A stretch of 61,438 nucleotides of DNA, counting the filler, from Basidiobolus ranarum (taxonomy: Eukaryota), in NCBI GenBank assembly GCA_040143965.1. It is 7 parts of 7 records of this genome, joined end to end, with 100 filler letters (N's around TTAATTAATTAA, not from the genome) between each part and the next. Parts side by side here need not be neighbours in the genome. Positions count along the whole stretch, not along the records: positions 43,991 to 52,666 come from JASJQH010007815.1; positions 52,767 to 61,438 come from JASJQH010007816.1; 5 more parts are not named here. One strand, given 5' to 3'. Each line of letters begins with the position of its first letter. The stretch's first letter is position 1. This document shows positions 49,610 to 61,438 of this stretch, piece by piece. Below the pieces are notes generated by a model. It ran no database searches and was not told the origin of the DNA. It was given only the letters and a program-made list of their open reading frames with translations. The position numbers and the translations under genes were made by a program.

Positions 49610-50606
49610 CTTTTTGGTGCGTATCTTTTCAACCTCCGCTTTTGAAAGTTTCGATATTGAATTCCAGCAGAACGAAAAGATAGACAAGAATAGTCGAGTC
49701 GAAAGTAGGTTGTAAAAGAAACGGAACAAAGAGAAAATCAAGGGGAGAATAGTATATTGCAAAGATAGATATGCCCCGAACAGGCCACCATTACGGATAT
49801 TACTTTCATAAAAATCCTTTGGATTCTTAGTATACTTGAAGTGACTTTTCTTTAACAATTCTCAAACAATGTTTAAACAATATACTCGAGACGGCTTCTT
49901 GCCTACCAGTTTCAAAAATCAACCAATTGTATCATTAAGTTATGGAACTACGGTGATTGAAAATACCCGTTATCGAATTTGAAATATACGTCATTTACTC
50001 TATCACATGTTGTGGAACTTCGTGGCAGAAACAGCATATGAAAGAGAGATAGATTGCTTGATTGCGCTAGTTGTCCAAGCACTAGTTGCTCAGTATATGA
50101 AATGGCATCCGTTATTAGGTGATATGAAAAATAGGGGAATATGATAAACCGAAGTAATTTAGCTAATTCCACTTAGAGTTGGGCTGGACTTCGGTGATTT
50201 TGTACGAAGATCTATGGCTTGACAAAATGGTGGAAGCTCATAATAAAGTGGTAGAGAACTGGTTGGACAGTATACGCCAATCCGTAGATTTCGTTCACAT
50301 GTTGTTAAACGAGCAAAAGAAACAAGGGACTGCCTTCAAAATCTGTGAATTAAATATATACCAATTTCTAGTGGGTAAATGCTTCTGATTTGAACCCCTG
50401 AATCCTTGATAGTAGGTTCTATTTGTGAGGATATGGATGGAAATACAGCAAGTCACATGTATATATTGTCGGAGCTACTTTCAATATCAGCGAGCTTCAC
50501 TCCTTGAACTTCATAACCCCAATACAGCTTCCTTTCCTGCTCTTCCTACTTCCCCTTAAGTACACTTCTTAACTTGGAGCATCAAGTCGCGGATTGTGTT
50601 TATACC

Positions 50607-51972
50607 ATGGCTTTTATCGACGAATTCAAATCTGCACCTAGAACCGCAGCTTTTGTGGTTTTTTTTTTGGGACAAGCTGCCATAATTAACTTTTCTCAAA
50701 TAGTAGCCTTAATACTTAAACCCATAAATAATGGTTCTTTTGAGCGTTTTATCAACTATTCACAGCGTCTATTTGGCGTGCTATTGGTGGCTATCACTGA
50801 GCTCTTTGCTCCTTCTTCCTTTGTCATAACTGCGGATCCTGAAGCAGCCGATATCTTTAACAATACCTCTAAAGACTCACTTAAGCAACTTTCTTTTCCT
50901 GATCGTATTATACTCATTGCCAATCATCAGGTAATATGATTCTTCTAACTTCAATGGGAAAAGTTGATGTTAATTTCGATATTGGTGATAATATTTAGAT
51001 TTATGCCGATTGGATTTATTTATGGTAAGAATGGCAAATTGATTTTTCAAGTCAAACTTCAACCTTACATATATCGAAATAGGTGTATTGCTTACTTCGC
51101 GAAAGCCCATGACGCTATGAAAATCATTTTGAAGGATTCGTTAAAGCATGTTCCAATCTTTGGATGGTAAGCACAAACCTATCAACTCAAAATTGCTTAG
51201 TTAACTAAAATCTTACATTTCTTCCATATTTCATAATATAGGGTAAATATATATTCAATGCTCTACTTTGCTAGGTTATTACAAGTTACCACGTAGTACT
51301 CTATCTAATATCTTTTTTTCTCTCAAGGGAATGCAATTCTTCGATTTCATTTTCCTTAGAAGAAATTGGTCTTCAGATCAAGTTCACTTAGCTCAACACC
51401 TGAATCGTCTTTCCAGCTCGGCCAATCCCTTATGGCTGATTCTCTTCCCTGAAGGAACTGTAGTCTCGGACTGTACTCGACAGAAGTCTGCTAAATTTGC
51501 AGCAAAGCACGACATTTATAACCCAAAGAATGTTCTTTTGCCTCGTTCCACTGGAATGCATTTTTGTTGCTCTCAACTTCGAAAGTCTGTTGATTATGTT
51601 TATGATTTAACCGTTGGCTATGAGGGCCTGAAACAGGACCAGATTCCTCAAATTGAGTATACCTTGAAAAGTATGTACTTTTTAAATAAGTACCCACGTC
51701 AAGTTCACGTACACGTACGTCGCTTTGAGATGAGTGATGTTCCTACTGATGATAATGAGTTCACTTCTTGGATTCGTGCAAGATGGCAAGAAAAAGATGA
51801 ACTTATGGAGCATTTCTACCAAAACGGACGTTTCCCAGTTAGCGAGCATAGGAAAGTAATTGATATCAAAATGAACCACTTCTCAGATCTAGGACAGATC
51901 TGGCTTCTTAGTATCCCATTGATTGCCGTGTCTTGTACAATATGGTATTTTATTAGAAACTTTGTATTCTAA
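50607..51972 (+). CDS. Lysophospholipid acyltransferase (LCLAT1/CST26-like, PlsC family)
   Basis: NHQ|IYADW (HX4D), KDSLKHVPIFGW|GMQFFDFIFLRRNW, LFPEGT, LLPRSTG, WQEKDELM. Several short introns. Confidence 0.9.
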
Positions 51973-52409
51973 AACCACCGCTTCCTTTCAACCCCGAGAT
52001 CGTTTTACGCTTCGTCCTGCGTTGCTTTACTAATGATGATCTTCAATGAATGGCCTGATTGCCGGTTTTCTTCAACATTTCGTTTGTAAAAATATCCACC
52101 GTTTATCTTTCATTTATCCCTCATTATTCGAGATTTATTATTGAGTTCCTAATCGAGTTTTACTTTTAGAGAACATTGGTTTTCATATTTCATGTTTCTA
52201 TTAAATGGTTGTCGTAAGTCAATAAACAACATTTCCATTCAAAATCATTTAGCAAGGGTAGCTTAGTCTATGGGCAACATTTGATAAGGTATGTAAAAAG
52301 GAATTGATGAAAGCAAGCTGATTTGGATATACTAGATAGAGAAGGGATCTATAAGAAAAAATTCATTCCCTTTTTGAAGAGTGTACATTGTTGATGAATA
52401 GTTTGGGTA

Positions 52410-52666
52410 TTAGCTATGTTTGGCATCACCTGAGTTGATAGTGCTACTTAGTTCTCCCAAACGCTGATGAAGAAATTCAATTTCTGCTTTCAAATATCCA
52501 AAATCTTCTTGCGTTACAAATTTGGTAAAGTCAACTGCTGGTGGTCCAGTGGAGAGTCGTGGCTTTCGAACCGCTACTGGTGATTTCTTGGGTGATATGG
52601 CTTTCTCAGCCTTCAATGCTCGCACCTATATTCCAATGTTACATTTAGATCAGTTTGTGATTTCAC
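52410..52666 (-). CDS. Last exon (plus intron end) of an inverted paralog of the IQ/coiled-coil gene, truncated by contig end
   Basis: VRALKAEKAISPKKSPVAVRKPRLSTGPP...EIEFLHQRL matches 47936-48151. 52561-52666 is the exact reverse complement of 47895-48000. Confidence 0.85.
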
Positions 52667-52766
52667 NNNNNNNNNNNNNNNNNNNNNNNNNNNNNNNNNN
52701 NNNNNNNNNNTTAATTAATTAANNNNNNNNNNNNNNNNNNNNNNNNNNNNNNNNNNNNNNNNNNNN
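52667..52766. other. Artificial contig linker
   Basis: N44-TTAATTAATTAA-N44. Confidence 0.98.
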
Positions 52767-52900
52767 TCTCAAACAATTGATTTACTTTTCTACTATATAA
52801 GTCACCATATACTCTTAAGAATAAAGTAACTAAAACACACTATCATAAGTTGCTTCTAAATACTCAAAGTCTACCCCCATTATGTCAAGATCCTCCAACA
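52767..52900. mobile_element. Partial family-B LTR at contig start
   Basis: Reverse-complement match to ~40677-40806, ending in CCTCCAACA. Confidence 0.72.
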
Positions 52901-53552
52901 AGAGCTAAATAAAGTCCACACTACCTGGTGCTTTTCTTCCAACTAACCCTAACTCTCCAAATATCTGCCAACTAACTCCCAAAATAATTCAACAGTGTCC
53001 CCCAGACCCCCTGCCATTGTATTCTTATTCTTTGATTAGGAGAATCTCAGCATCATCCTTCAGTTTAAATATTACAATGTAAGATTAGGCAGAAAATTAT
53101 TAAATTTAGAATGCAAAATAGATTTAGTTGGACCAATTTGTGTACATTGGTGCTAGATAAGCTTGATCTTGAATATCCATAGTGACTATTTGGTTAAACA
53201 AGTATTTACTGCATACATTATAAAATAATTTAGCTATCTATAAACAGCAAATAGTAAGAAACTAATAGGTTCAAGCATAAACATCGATATTATAAAATGA
53301 AGTTCAATCACTAGAATGTGTAAAATCAATGTAAAACTAGATTTCGAGTATATATAATTTAATGTAAGCCGATCATTGAAATGATGACAGTAACCGAGTG
53401 TGGTGACAAAGATTATTCACTTGTAAGAAAACTATGGAAATATGATCCAGGCTAAGGGCGACTCAAAGGCTGTCTTCATCGTGGCCTACTTAGAAGCAGA
53501 TGCGATTGAACAGATAGTATAAAAAATGCTAGTGGGTGTAGCTTCAAAGTTT

Positions 53553-54677
53553 TTATAACTCATCCTTGATCTCCTCAACTTTCTCTTCGATCTTTTCCTT
53601 TAACTCCCCTAAGAAACTACTCAAGATATTTTTACGCATGGTAAAGTCATCAATTTGCTTACGAGCAATGCTGGTAGATGTTAAAAGTCCAGTGAGACGA
53701 GCGATCTCCTTTTGAAGGTAATCACCATTCGCTCTAATCTTATCCATGGCTTTGACATAGTACTTGGCGTAGCGAGTCTGTAACTCCTCACTCAGGGCAA
53801 GTGCTTGCTTGTAGAGTTCATCGCGTTTTTCAGCACCAGCGGCAACATATTGATGAGCAAGTTCGTCTAATTGAGCAATCTTTCCAGCTTCGGGAGAGAG
53901 TCCACCACCTGGCACACGGCTAGTCAAACATTTCTCGTTAAGGAACTGGACAAAGTCCTCCTCAGTACGTCCCAGGTCGTAAGAGATTGGAGTTTTGTCA
54001 GCACCTTTGGGGAAAAATTTGATAGTAGGGTAGCCCTTAACTTCGTATCTATCGGCTACATCTTTATCGGTAGTAGCGTCTAACTTGGCAACAACACAAT
54101 CGCTGTCACTGGCAAAATCACTGGCAACTTTTTCATAGATGGGTGCCAAATTCTTACAATGTCCACACCAAGGAGCGTAGAATTCTACCAAGACATTCTT
54201 ATTTTCATCAAGAGCGAGTTCATCGAAGTTTGAATTAGTCAATACAGTAACATCAGAGTGAGCCTTTTTGATACGAGCTTGGGCTCCAGTTTTTTCGGTA
54301 ATAAACTTAGCTAATGAGTCTAAGTCACGGCCACCTTCGTAATTTTCAGGTGCGTTAGCGCTTCCCTTAGGGAACCATTTTAAAGTAGGATATCCTTGGA
54401 CATCGAATTTAGAAGCCAAATTGCGATTGGCATCGGCGTCAAGTTTAGCGACAATGACGGAACCTTTGGCGTGGGCGAAGGCATCTCCTAGTTCCTCATA
54501 AATTGGTGCCAAAGTTTTACAGTGGCCACACCAAGGTGCGAAAAATTCGACCAAAGCATCTTTAGAACCGTCGATGATTTGGTCGAAGTTATCCGGGTTC
54601 AGGTCATATACGTTGCTTTCAGCATTCACCAAGGCAGATACCAAAAGCAGGCCGCTCCATAGGAATTTTTTCAACAT
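53553..54677 (-). CDS. tigA: Protein disulfide isomerase, ERp38/TigA type
   Basis: Signal peptide, two APWCGHCK thioredoxin domains, an ERp29c-like helical C-terminus and a KDEL ER-retention signal. Intronless. Confidence 0.93.
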   Translation of the reverse strand: MLKKFLWSGLLLVSALVNAESNVYDLNPDNFDQIIDGSKDALVEFFAPWCGHCKTLAPIYEELGDAFAHAKGSVIVAKLDADANRNLASKFDVQGYPTLKWFPKGSANAPENYEGGRDLDSLAKFITEKTGAQARIKKAHSDVTVLTNSNFDELALDENKNVLVEFYAPWCGHCKNLAPIYEKVASDFASDSDCVVAKLDATTDKDVADRYEVKGYPTIKFFPKGADKTPISYDLGRTEEDFVQFLNEKCLTSRVPGGGLSPEAGKIAQLDELAHQYVAAGAEKRDELYKQALALSEELQTRYAKYYVKAMDKIRANGDYLQKEIARLTGLLTSTSIARKQIDDFTMRKNILSSFLGELKEKIEEKVEEIKDEL

Positions 54678-57600
54678 TATTCTGTTACGTTTATGAGCTC
54701 TGCTTGCTAAGTTGAAAGGAGAGATACTGAAATGAGGTCAAAGTACACTATGAAAGGTTGTTCTTCCTTTACTAATGACAAGACTAGATATGATCCCTAA
54801 ATTTATTAGTAATTCGACCTATTTATAGGGTTCATTATAGGGTCTACTATTTCCTGAATGGGTATCCCCTGATTTCTTCAGACTTCCTTATCTCATTCAA
54901 TTTGACCAACCATTCATTGACAAACGGACAGCACGAGACGTCATAATTACTGAAGTAGACAAGCTTCAAGTTGGCAGGGTTTGATTTGATAAAATGACTC
55001 AGGCCTTGGGCAATAAATATTCACCCCACAATTACCATCATACAAAACGACCACTATTAATATGATTAGTCAAAATAGCAACCCGGCATACTGCGACATG
55101 CTAACTAAACCCAGCATATAACTCAGGAAGAAATGGATACATATCCGTACAAGTTTTGTTATGCATATTTCATATGAGCGCTGAAAGCTGCTACACAACC
55201 TGTGTAGACAGACTTCTCTCAGAATGTCTTTGATATTCTAACTAATCACTGTGCATAGAGTCGAAGCTTTACTAATGAGCTGATGGAAGCGCAACACATG
55301 CAATACCCACATATCAGAGCAACCTGAAGTGCGTCTATATATTATTCGCCAATAGTCAACCTACAAGTATAGGTTGGTGATCGTCGTGTCACATTTAATG
55401 CTTACAAATAGACAACACTGCTAAAGGTTACCGAAAGTGAGATGTATCAATGCCGAACCTACATTGATATCTTGATGGGATTTATAATCCTAATGGCTTA
55501 GGGGTTAGTTTGCCAGCAGCATTGAGTTAACAGTAAATATAAACACCAGATTATTCAAGCTCAATACCAACAATTCCAAACAATCATCCAGTACGATGAT
55601 GAATACTTCAAGATATAGGCCATCAGTTCTGAGTATGGTATAGAAAGATGCAGAAAATCCAAAAACAACTCAAGCAGTTCAGGCTGGTGATATTTAGTAG
55701 ATTCAACTTAGTTACTGTTCAACCCTGCACCTGCCTAAATCGGACACGAAATTAGCCTACCGGACAGTTTTTTGTAAATACACTCGATTCTGTCATATTA
55801 GTACAACTTAGCAATAAGTACTGTTACAAAGCAACTGTGCCCCTTCATTGAACATTCATGTGCCAAAGCCCTCTAAAGAGGTTATCTATCTATTTCCTAT
55901 GCATATTCCTAATTAGATCATAACTTCATGCAACCTCTATAAATCAACTTGCCATGAATGACAAACTGGTATATCTAGGAGTTTTTAGGCCACTACATTT
56001 AACTGCCTTACAGCTTTACAAAGAGATATACTCATACCTCCAACATCTTTACTTTGCTGTCTACGCAATCTTCACAACCTAGAGAGTGGATTAAGAACCA
56101 CCAAACTTACCAACCAGCCTCCTAACCTGGTGCTATGTAGAAGCTCTAGTTAATTAAAGATATTATTATACCAAAATAGTGCTGAACTTCAGAAAAAAAT
56201 TATAGCCATAGGAAAGATGCCAATTACACAGCGTTCATCACAAAGTTCCAGTAGAGCAAGCAACTCTCACTGAGGAAGCATAACTATTGGCAAGTTTCTA
56301 AAGAAACACTGACACTGGAAAGTAGTGAAATTCCCCCCCCCATTTTCAAGCGAATAAGCCAGATACAAGGATCAGGCTTATTAATCAACTATGCAACTCT
56401 TCAAGCACTGGTATTCTGACTTGATCTATAATGCAAAAAATGGCACGACCTAACTATCCCATCTGCAGCTATACTGTGCTATCAGTGCAGCACTAGATGA
56501 AAGTCTGTTATAGACGGCACTTGATGAAAGGCAACGTGGGGGTTATGTCTTTACCCATATAGTACTATGTTGAATGCAACAATACGAAGTAGCTATAAGG
56601 CGGTAGCTCTTGAGTTAGTTTCAGACACGTACTTGATTCATATCCATAGCAATTCGCTTCGATCATACTTCTGTCAGACAGCAATACTCATATCATCAGC
56701 GGTTGCCTTTTCAGGTGCATGAACAATAATCCTTCATGGCCACCCGGGAGTCGACATACTTGGTTTCCTTTGTCTTGACAGATACGGCAGTGTATCAATT
56801 GCTTAGGATACTTGATCAAACGAGGCCATATCCCGAATTCGTATACGTGTCTCAATAGCCACCGGTTGGCCTTGGTCTAAATTACACCGATCTTGTCGGC
56901 TAAAATCCATATCTGGTATTATCGACGTGATAAGTGATCAGAGAAGATACTGGCACATCAGTAGATCAAGGTGTCCCATTTAGATCGAGTGAATGTGGAA
57001 TGATGTGGCTTTGTGACTTCTGTGTTCCTTCTGTCCATTATGTAATGCATCTGATCACAATACAGAGTTTTGTGTGACACAGTAATTATGTTGCCCACGC
57101 AGCAGCTCCCACCTTTTTGGGGCTGGTTGAAAATTTGAATATCAGCGGTCAAAGCATAACGCTCTCTCCAGGCAAGCATATGATTCGTTTCAGATCCTGA
57201 TGCTCCTTTGCTCGGTACATTCTACTGATTCTGAGATGTTCAGCCTGCACCAGTATCATCTCAGACATACGTATAGCTAAGATTACGTGACCGTCTAGAT
57301 TGGTTCGTTCAACTTCATAAAGCTGTAGGCTTACCACCACCACTCAGCAAATCAGATGAAACCCTCGATATGCCATTGTCAGGTAGCTAGTAAACTTTGC
57401 CCTTCCGCAGGCAATTAGTATATATATTAGTGATGCTTTGAATTGTTGTCTATCAATGGTAGAGTTTATGGGGCAGCAGCAATCGAGCTGAGATGCTCTC
57501 AACTTCGATTTTACCGATGGAGCTCCATATTGGACCCTCCACTGAACTGAAGCTTCTAATCAAATTGGCGTACAGATCTAGCATCAATTCCCAGTGGCGT

Positions 57601-60204
57601 TTCAGCTCGAGTGTCACCAGCTGCTTTAAATAACTGAATGTAAACTGTCGATTACATAGGATTAACATCCTTAAAAGTCCCTTTTAGAAGATTCTAGTAC
57701 TCCTTACATTTTGGTAAGGATAGAATCGATGCAAGCCGTTTGTAACGCAATGACCTTTTGGCAGAGTTTCGGTGACACTTTTACTAATTCGAGGAAAAGA
57801 TGAGTGCTTCAAGTGAGCATGTATCACCTGATTTTATTGACTCTGCTGCACTCTCTAAAATGATGGCGCCCTGATGCGGTGTTTTTTGCTCCTATATTCT
57901 CATAGGATGCTCTGGCGCGTACAACTTTTGATCTGCTTTGCGTTTTCCCAGAAAGAAATTCCTCCAAACAAAGACTGCAACAAGCATGAATCTGATGTGC
58001 ATATTGCAGAACTGTGTACCACATTCATGGGTATCCATTCGTTGTTCCACTTGCATCAGAATCAACTTCTACAATGGTGCGACGCGACTCACTCCTACAA
58101 AAACATAGTCCGTGGATTCGGGACCAGAAAGACTGAGAATTTGAAATCCGAAGATTTAATTTACTGAGTTTCGTCACAGTCAAATCATCAAAAAAGTGGG
58201 TTGTCAGTTGTGTAATCAATCAAATCAGCATCAACATGTTCGATGATTACTAAGAAGGCAGAGTAAAATATATGGGCAAATACTATCATGCTTCTAGTCC
58301 AAGTAGCACTAAGCTAGAAACAGGTAAAGAGGCTGTCAAAGAATAACGAACCAGATTGATGAGCATTCCGTAGCCATCTAGATAACAAAAGTTAATTTAA
58401 GGTGGAAATTTGGCAGTCACCTGGTAACAAGATTCGCGATCATTGAAATCAATTGGCTCTTACTTGTTTTGGCACATATTGCCACTGACTTGCTAATTAT
58501 CCGTCAAATCGTTGACATTACTGAGCCAGGTGGAGGTAAGGTGTCTCAGCGAATGCACTGATTTGAGCTGTACGTCATCTGAAGTTGAACAGCATAATTT
58601 GAGGCAGACAAGCGAGATTTCGCTTCTGATGATTCGATTGAATCCATTCCCATGGCAATCATGCAAGATATCCTGCAGATCGATTAAGCGAACGAATGCC
58701 CTATTATGCATGGATTTCTGTTAAGACATAGTTACCCCAAAATTCCATCGACCATCAGTCTTTGTTATTGCGAGTGGAATGGACTAATTAAAGCAGAAGT
58801 CTTCAATTCATGGATCTCACTGAAGCAACAATGTGGGTTGGCAATTTGTATATATATTTGGGTACATAAAGGAGTCTGATATAAGCGGTAATATCTCAAA
58901 CTTGGATGAAGGGGGAGTGAGCAGAATAAATAGAGGTGAGGCCTTGTAAATGTAACCCTAAAATTCGGCACAGACCCGCGTTTGATATCTGTCATGGGGG
59001 TGAAGAGCCCCTTAGGTCAGCTCTGATTGCGATACAAGAGCCATGTAAGCGCTCCGTATAATGAGGCAGATGGCGAAGGAGCCTCGTAAGACTTGTAAGA
59101 TTTCTCCTGGTCGATCGGAAAAGCCCGAGAGGTAAGATTTACCTAGATCCAACAGCTAATGATTCGAGCCATCTAGTAAGATGGGGTCCATATAGAGAAT
59201 ATATATGCATCAAAGGGTGGTGTCTAAGTGTGACTCCCCCAAAGCCAGGGAATCATGAATTTAACGGAGCATTAGTCCACTTGGTGTTATTATTCATAGA
59301 CTCTGGGATCTGACTAATATCAATCCTAATCCCAATTCAAAGAAAGGAAGTGTACGAATTCCGAAAGCAAAACAAAAATTCTTACAAGGAACTTGCATTA
59401 TACTTCTCTCAAATAAGACGTGCTAGCTTATGTTTGAATTGGTTTGCTATTTCAATTGTAGCATTCATACAGAAGCCGAATCCAAGCAATTGATTATATA
59501 TCCATCTTAAAAGGGGTGAAACGTTGCGATGTTCAAGGTTGGATGGTTTCATAGGGGTGACACTAATTTATTTGAGTTCTTTTTCAATTGAATACAACTT
59601 CCTAAATTAAAACTTCGGTGAATTTCAGCTTCTATGCTGGCGTTGTATAACCCTAAATAACCATTCCCATTTTACACACCGGCCTTACTCCCTTGTCAGC
59701 ATCGTATTTATTCCTAACCCCCGATTTGTTCACTTAAGACTAAAGCATTGCTAGCGGACCTTGTTTTCTTGTCACACTTCATACTTTTTTTGGCCATTCT
59801 ATTCCACCTCAATACTCTGAAGTCACTGATTAAAAGTATTTTAATCTTGATATTGCTTAGTGGACTTGTCCCTCAAAAGCCTCTTCCTACTGCTTTTGGA
59901 TTTTTCACTTGTAGTTATATACACTTGTCCATATTGATTTTACTCCTTCCCCCAAACCTACTTGTTGTCTTTTGACTTCGAATATCATTCGAGTAGGTAG
60001 ACAGATCGCTATCTTTTCGGACTCGCTCTAAACCTCTTCATTCTTTCTTTGTTTATGTACTTTCGTTCCGTTGACCCATTTTCTCAACGTAGAAGAAAAG
60101 TACTTTCTTACAAGTAGCCGCCAAAGAAAGAAGCAACCATTCAATTCTAATATTGGTTTGTACATTAACGATCAGCTACTGTTAATTTTAAAGGTTCTCC
60201 AGTC

Positions 60205-61438
60205 ATGAAAGTGATCAAGTATCACCTTGGAACGTATTTGTATCGAAACCAAAGGCTCCCTTTATGCCTATATCAATTTTTACAGCACGAGAGCCCCGTT
60301 GAGCGAGCCTTTGCTTTTCATCTGAAACTACGTGATCTTGACCAGGTGTTTTGTGAGACAACTGCAGGTTATATATACAATACAAAGATATTGGACATAT
60401 GTAAAGACAAGAATTCTCACTGTATATTGACCGAGGACAATGGCGAAATCTACGTCGAGGCGCATATCGTGGAGGAGATTGCTCGTCAAATAGGAGAAAA
60501 GGTGTTAACGGAGATATGTCGATTAGATGAGTCATCCATCAAATCCGGAACAGTTAGAAGTATATTAAGCGCACTACGTAATGTTAATCCAAAGGAGGAG
60601 GTTGAGATAATAGAGGAAGAAATTCACGTATTTAGTGGTTTGAACGGTGGTCATATGGAGGTTCACGTGAAGTCTGAGGAGTTAATTGATTCTAGTGGAT
60701 TCCACATTCCTCGTTTGTCGAAATCGCCACAATTAGACAAGACCATTCGTAGAGTAAGATCTCTTAACAGAATGGCTATCGAAGAGGTACTTGATCGCCG
60801 CTCTGTCTTTTTTGAAAGGTCCAGTATTGGCGGTGCGCCCCCTCGTAGAATGGGAGCTATCTCCGAAGATCACTCTCATCCCTTGATAGGTCACAGATTC
60901 CTCCACGAGTCTGATCATTCCTCTTCACATTCTCCGCCTTCGAACGCAACTACTCCTACTAGAATGCTAGATGAAGAGCCTAAAGAACGCAAGCGTAAGC
61001 GTCCAATCACACCGCTAAATACTGTAACCAGTGCTAGTCAAAACACACATACAGCTGCTCTGGCTATGGAGAGTAATGGAAGATCTCAGCATGTTGTTGA
61101 AGATGTAACTGAGCATATCCGCGCGCTTCATAAGCAACAAAAGCAACAGCAACACATCTCTCAACCCCATAGGTCGATGGTCGATTCTCACAGTGGCCAA
61201 CATTATCTACATCACTCGCAATCAAATCATGGTATACCTCTCAAACCTGCCGGATTAACGCGTGGAAAAAACACTCGTAACTTGACTATTAGTACATCCT
61301 CCTACGAAGAATCCGCTGGTGCACCTAAATCTGCTCCAATTCATCCCACTTATCAACATTTAGGCGGCTCTGGTCTTCGGATATACTCACAACAAAATGG
61401 CCCAGTCTATTCGGCAATAAATGGGCAAAGACTAATTC
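60205..61438 (+). CDS. Hypothetical nuclear protein, >410 aa, runs off window end
   Basis: Uninterrupted frame from ATG 60205 to the end, absent from the ORF track because it has no stop. Globular N-terminus, then a disordered region with KERKRKRP (NLS-like), a Q/H-rich stretch and GKNTRNLTIST...APKSAP. Confidence 0.75.
   Translation, partial: MKVIKYHLGTYLYRNQRLPLCLYQFLQHESPVERAFAFHLKLRDLDQVFCETTAGYIYNTKILDICKDKNSHCILTEDNGEIYVEAHIVEEIARQIGEKVLTEICRLDESSIKSGTVRSILSALRNVNPKEEVEIIEEEIHVFSGLNGGHMEVHVKSEELIDSSGFHIPRLSKSPQLDKTIRRVRSLNRMAIEEVLDRRSVFFERSSIGGAPPRRMGAISEDHSHPLIGHRFLHESDHSSSHSPPSNATTPTRMLDEEPKERKRKRPITPLNTVTSASQNTHTAALAMESNGRSQHVVEDVTEHIRALHKQQKQQQHISQPHRSMVDSHSGQHYLHHSQSNHGIPLKPAGLTRGKNTRNLTISTSSYEESAGAPKSAPIHPTYQHLGGSGLRIYSQQNGPVYSAINGQRLI

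Noticed and set aside
55570-58720. Patchy coding-like frames with frequent stops, including a YLG motif near 55965
   Set aside because: Probably decayed gene or TE sequence, but no family can be supported from the motifs seen.

Overview
Fungal genomic DNA with short GT-AG introns (mostly 48-75 nt). The gene content fits an early-diverging, Basidiobolus-like fungus; this taxonomy is inference only. The window is not one locus. Seven unrelated contigs of decreasing length (8713, 8707, 8701, 8689, 8680, 8676, 8672 bp) are joined by artificial 100-bp N44-TTAATTAATTAA-N44 linkers, so neighbourhoods hold only within a contig. Recognisable genes: a GH18 hydrolase, a membrane-anchored sulfotransferase, MedA, an SMI1/KNR4 protein, a 7TM-RGS receptor, a PCS60-type acyl-CoA ligase, a stand-alone EXD2-type HNH-like protein, an ABCA N-terminus, ADE5,7, SHO1, an LCLAT1/CST26-like acyltransferase and an ERp38/TigA PDI. 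Ty1/copia LTR relics and a foldback element are also present. Most notable: (1) a tandem family of orphan secreted 8-Cys proteins with five ORFs, three relics, a shared promoter and a near-invariant RK-flanked core; (2) a cryptic ~84-bp degenerate tandem array in a CpG-depleted contig that may be a decayed 28-aa repeat protein; (3) an IQ/coiled-coil protein resembling the C-terminal part of centriolar CEP97, present as an inverted pair with an abrupt switch from identical to diverged sequence. All homology calls come from remembered motifs; no searches were run.
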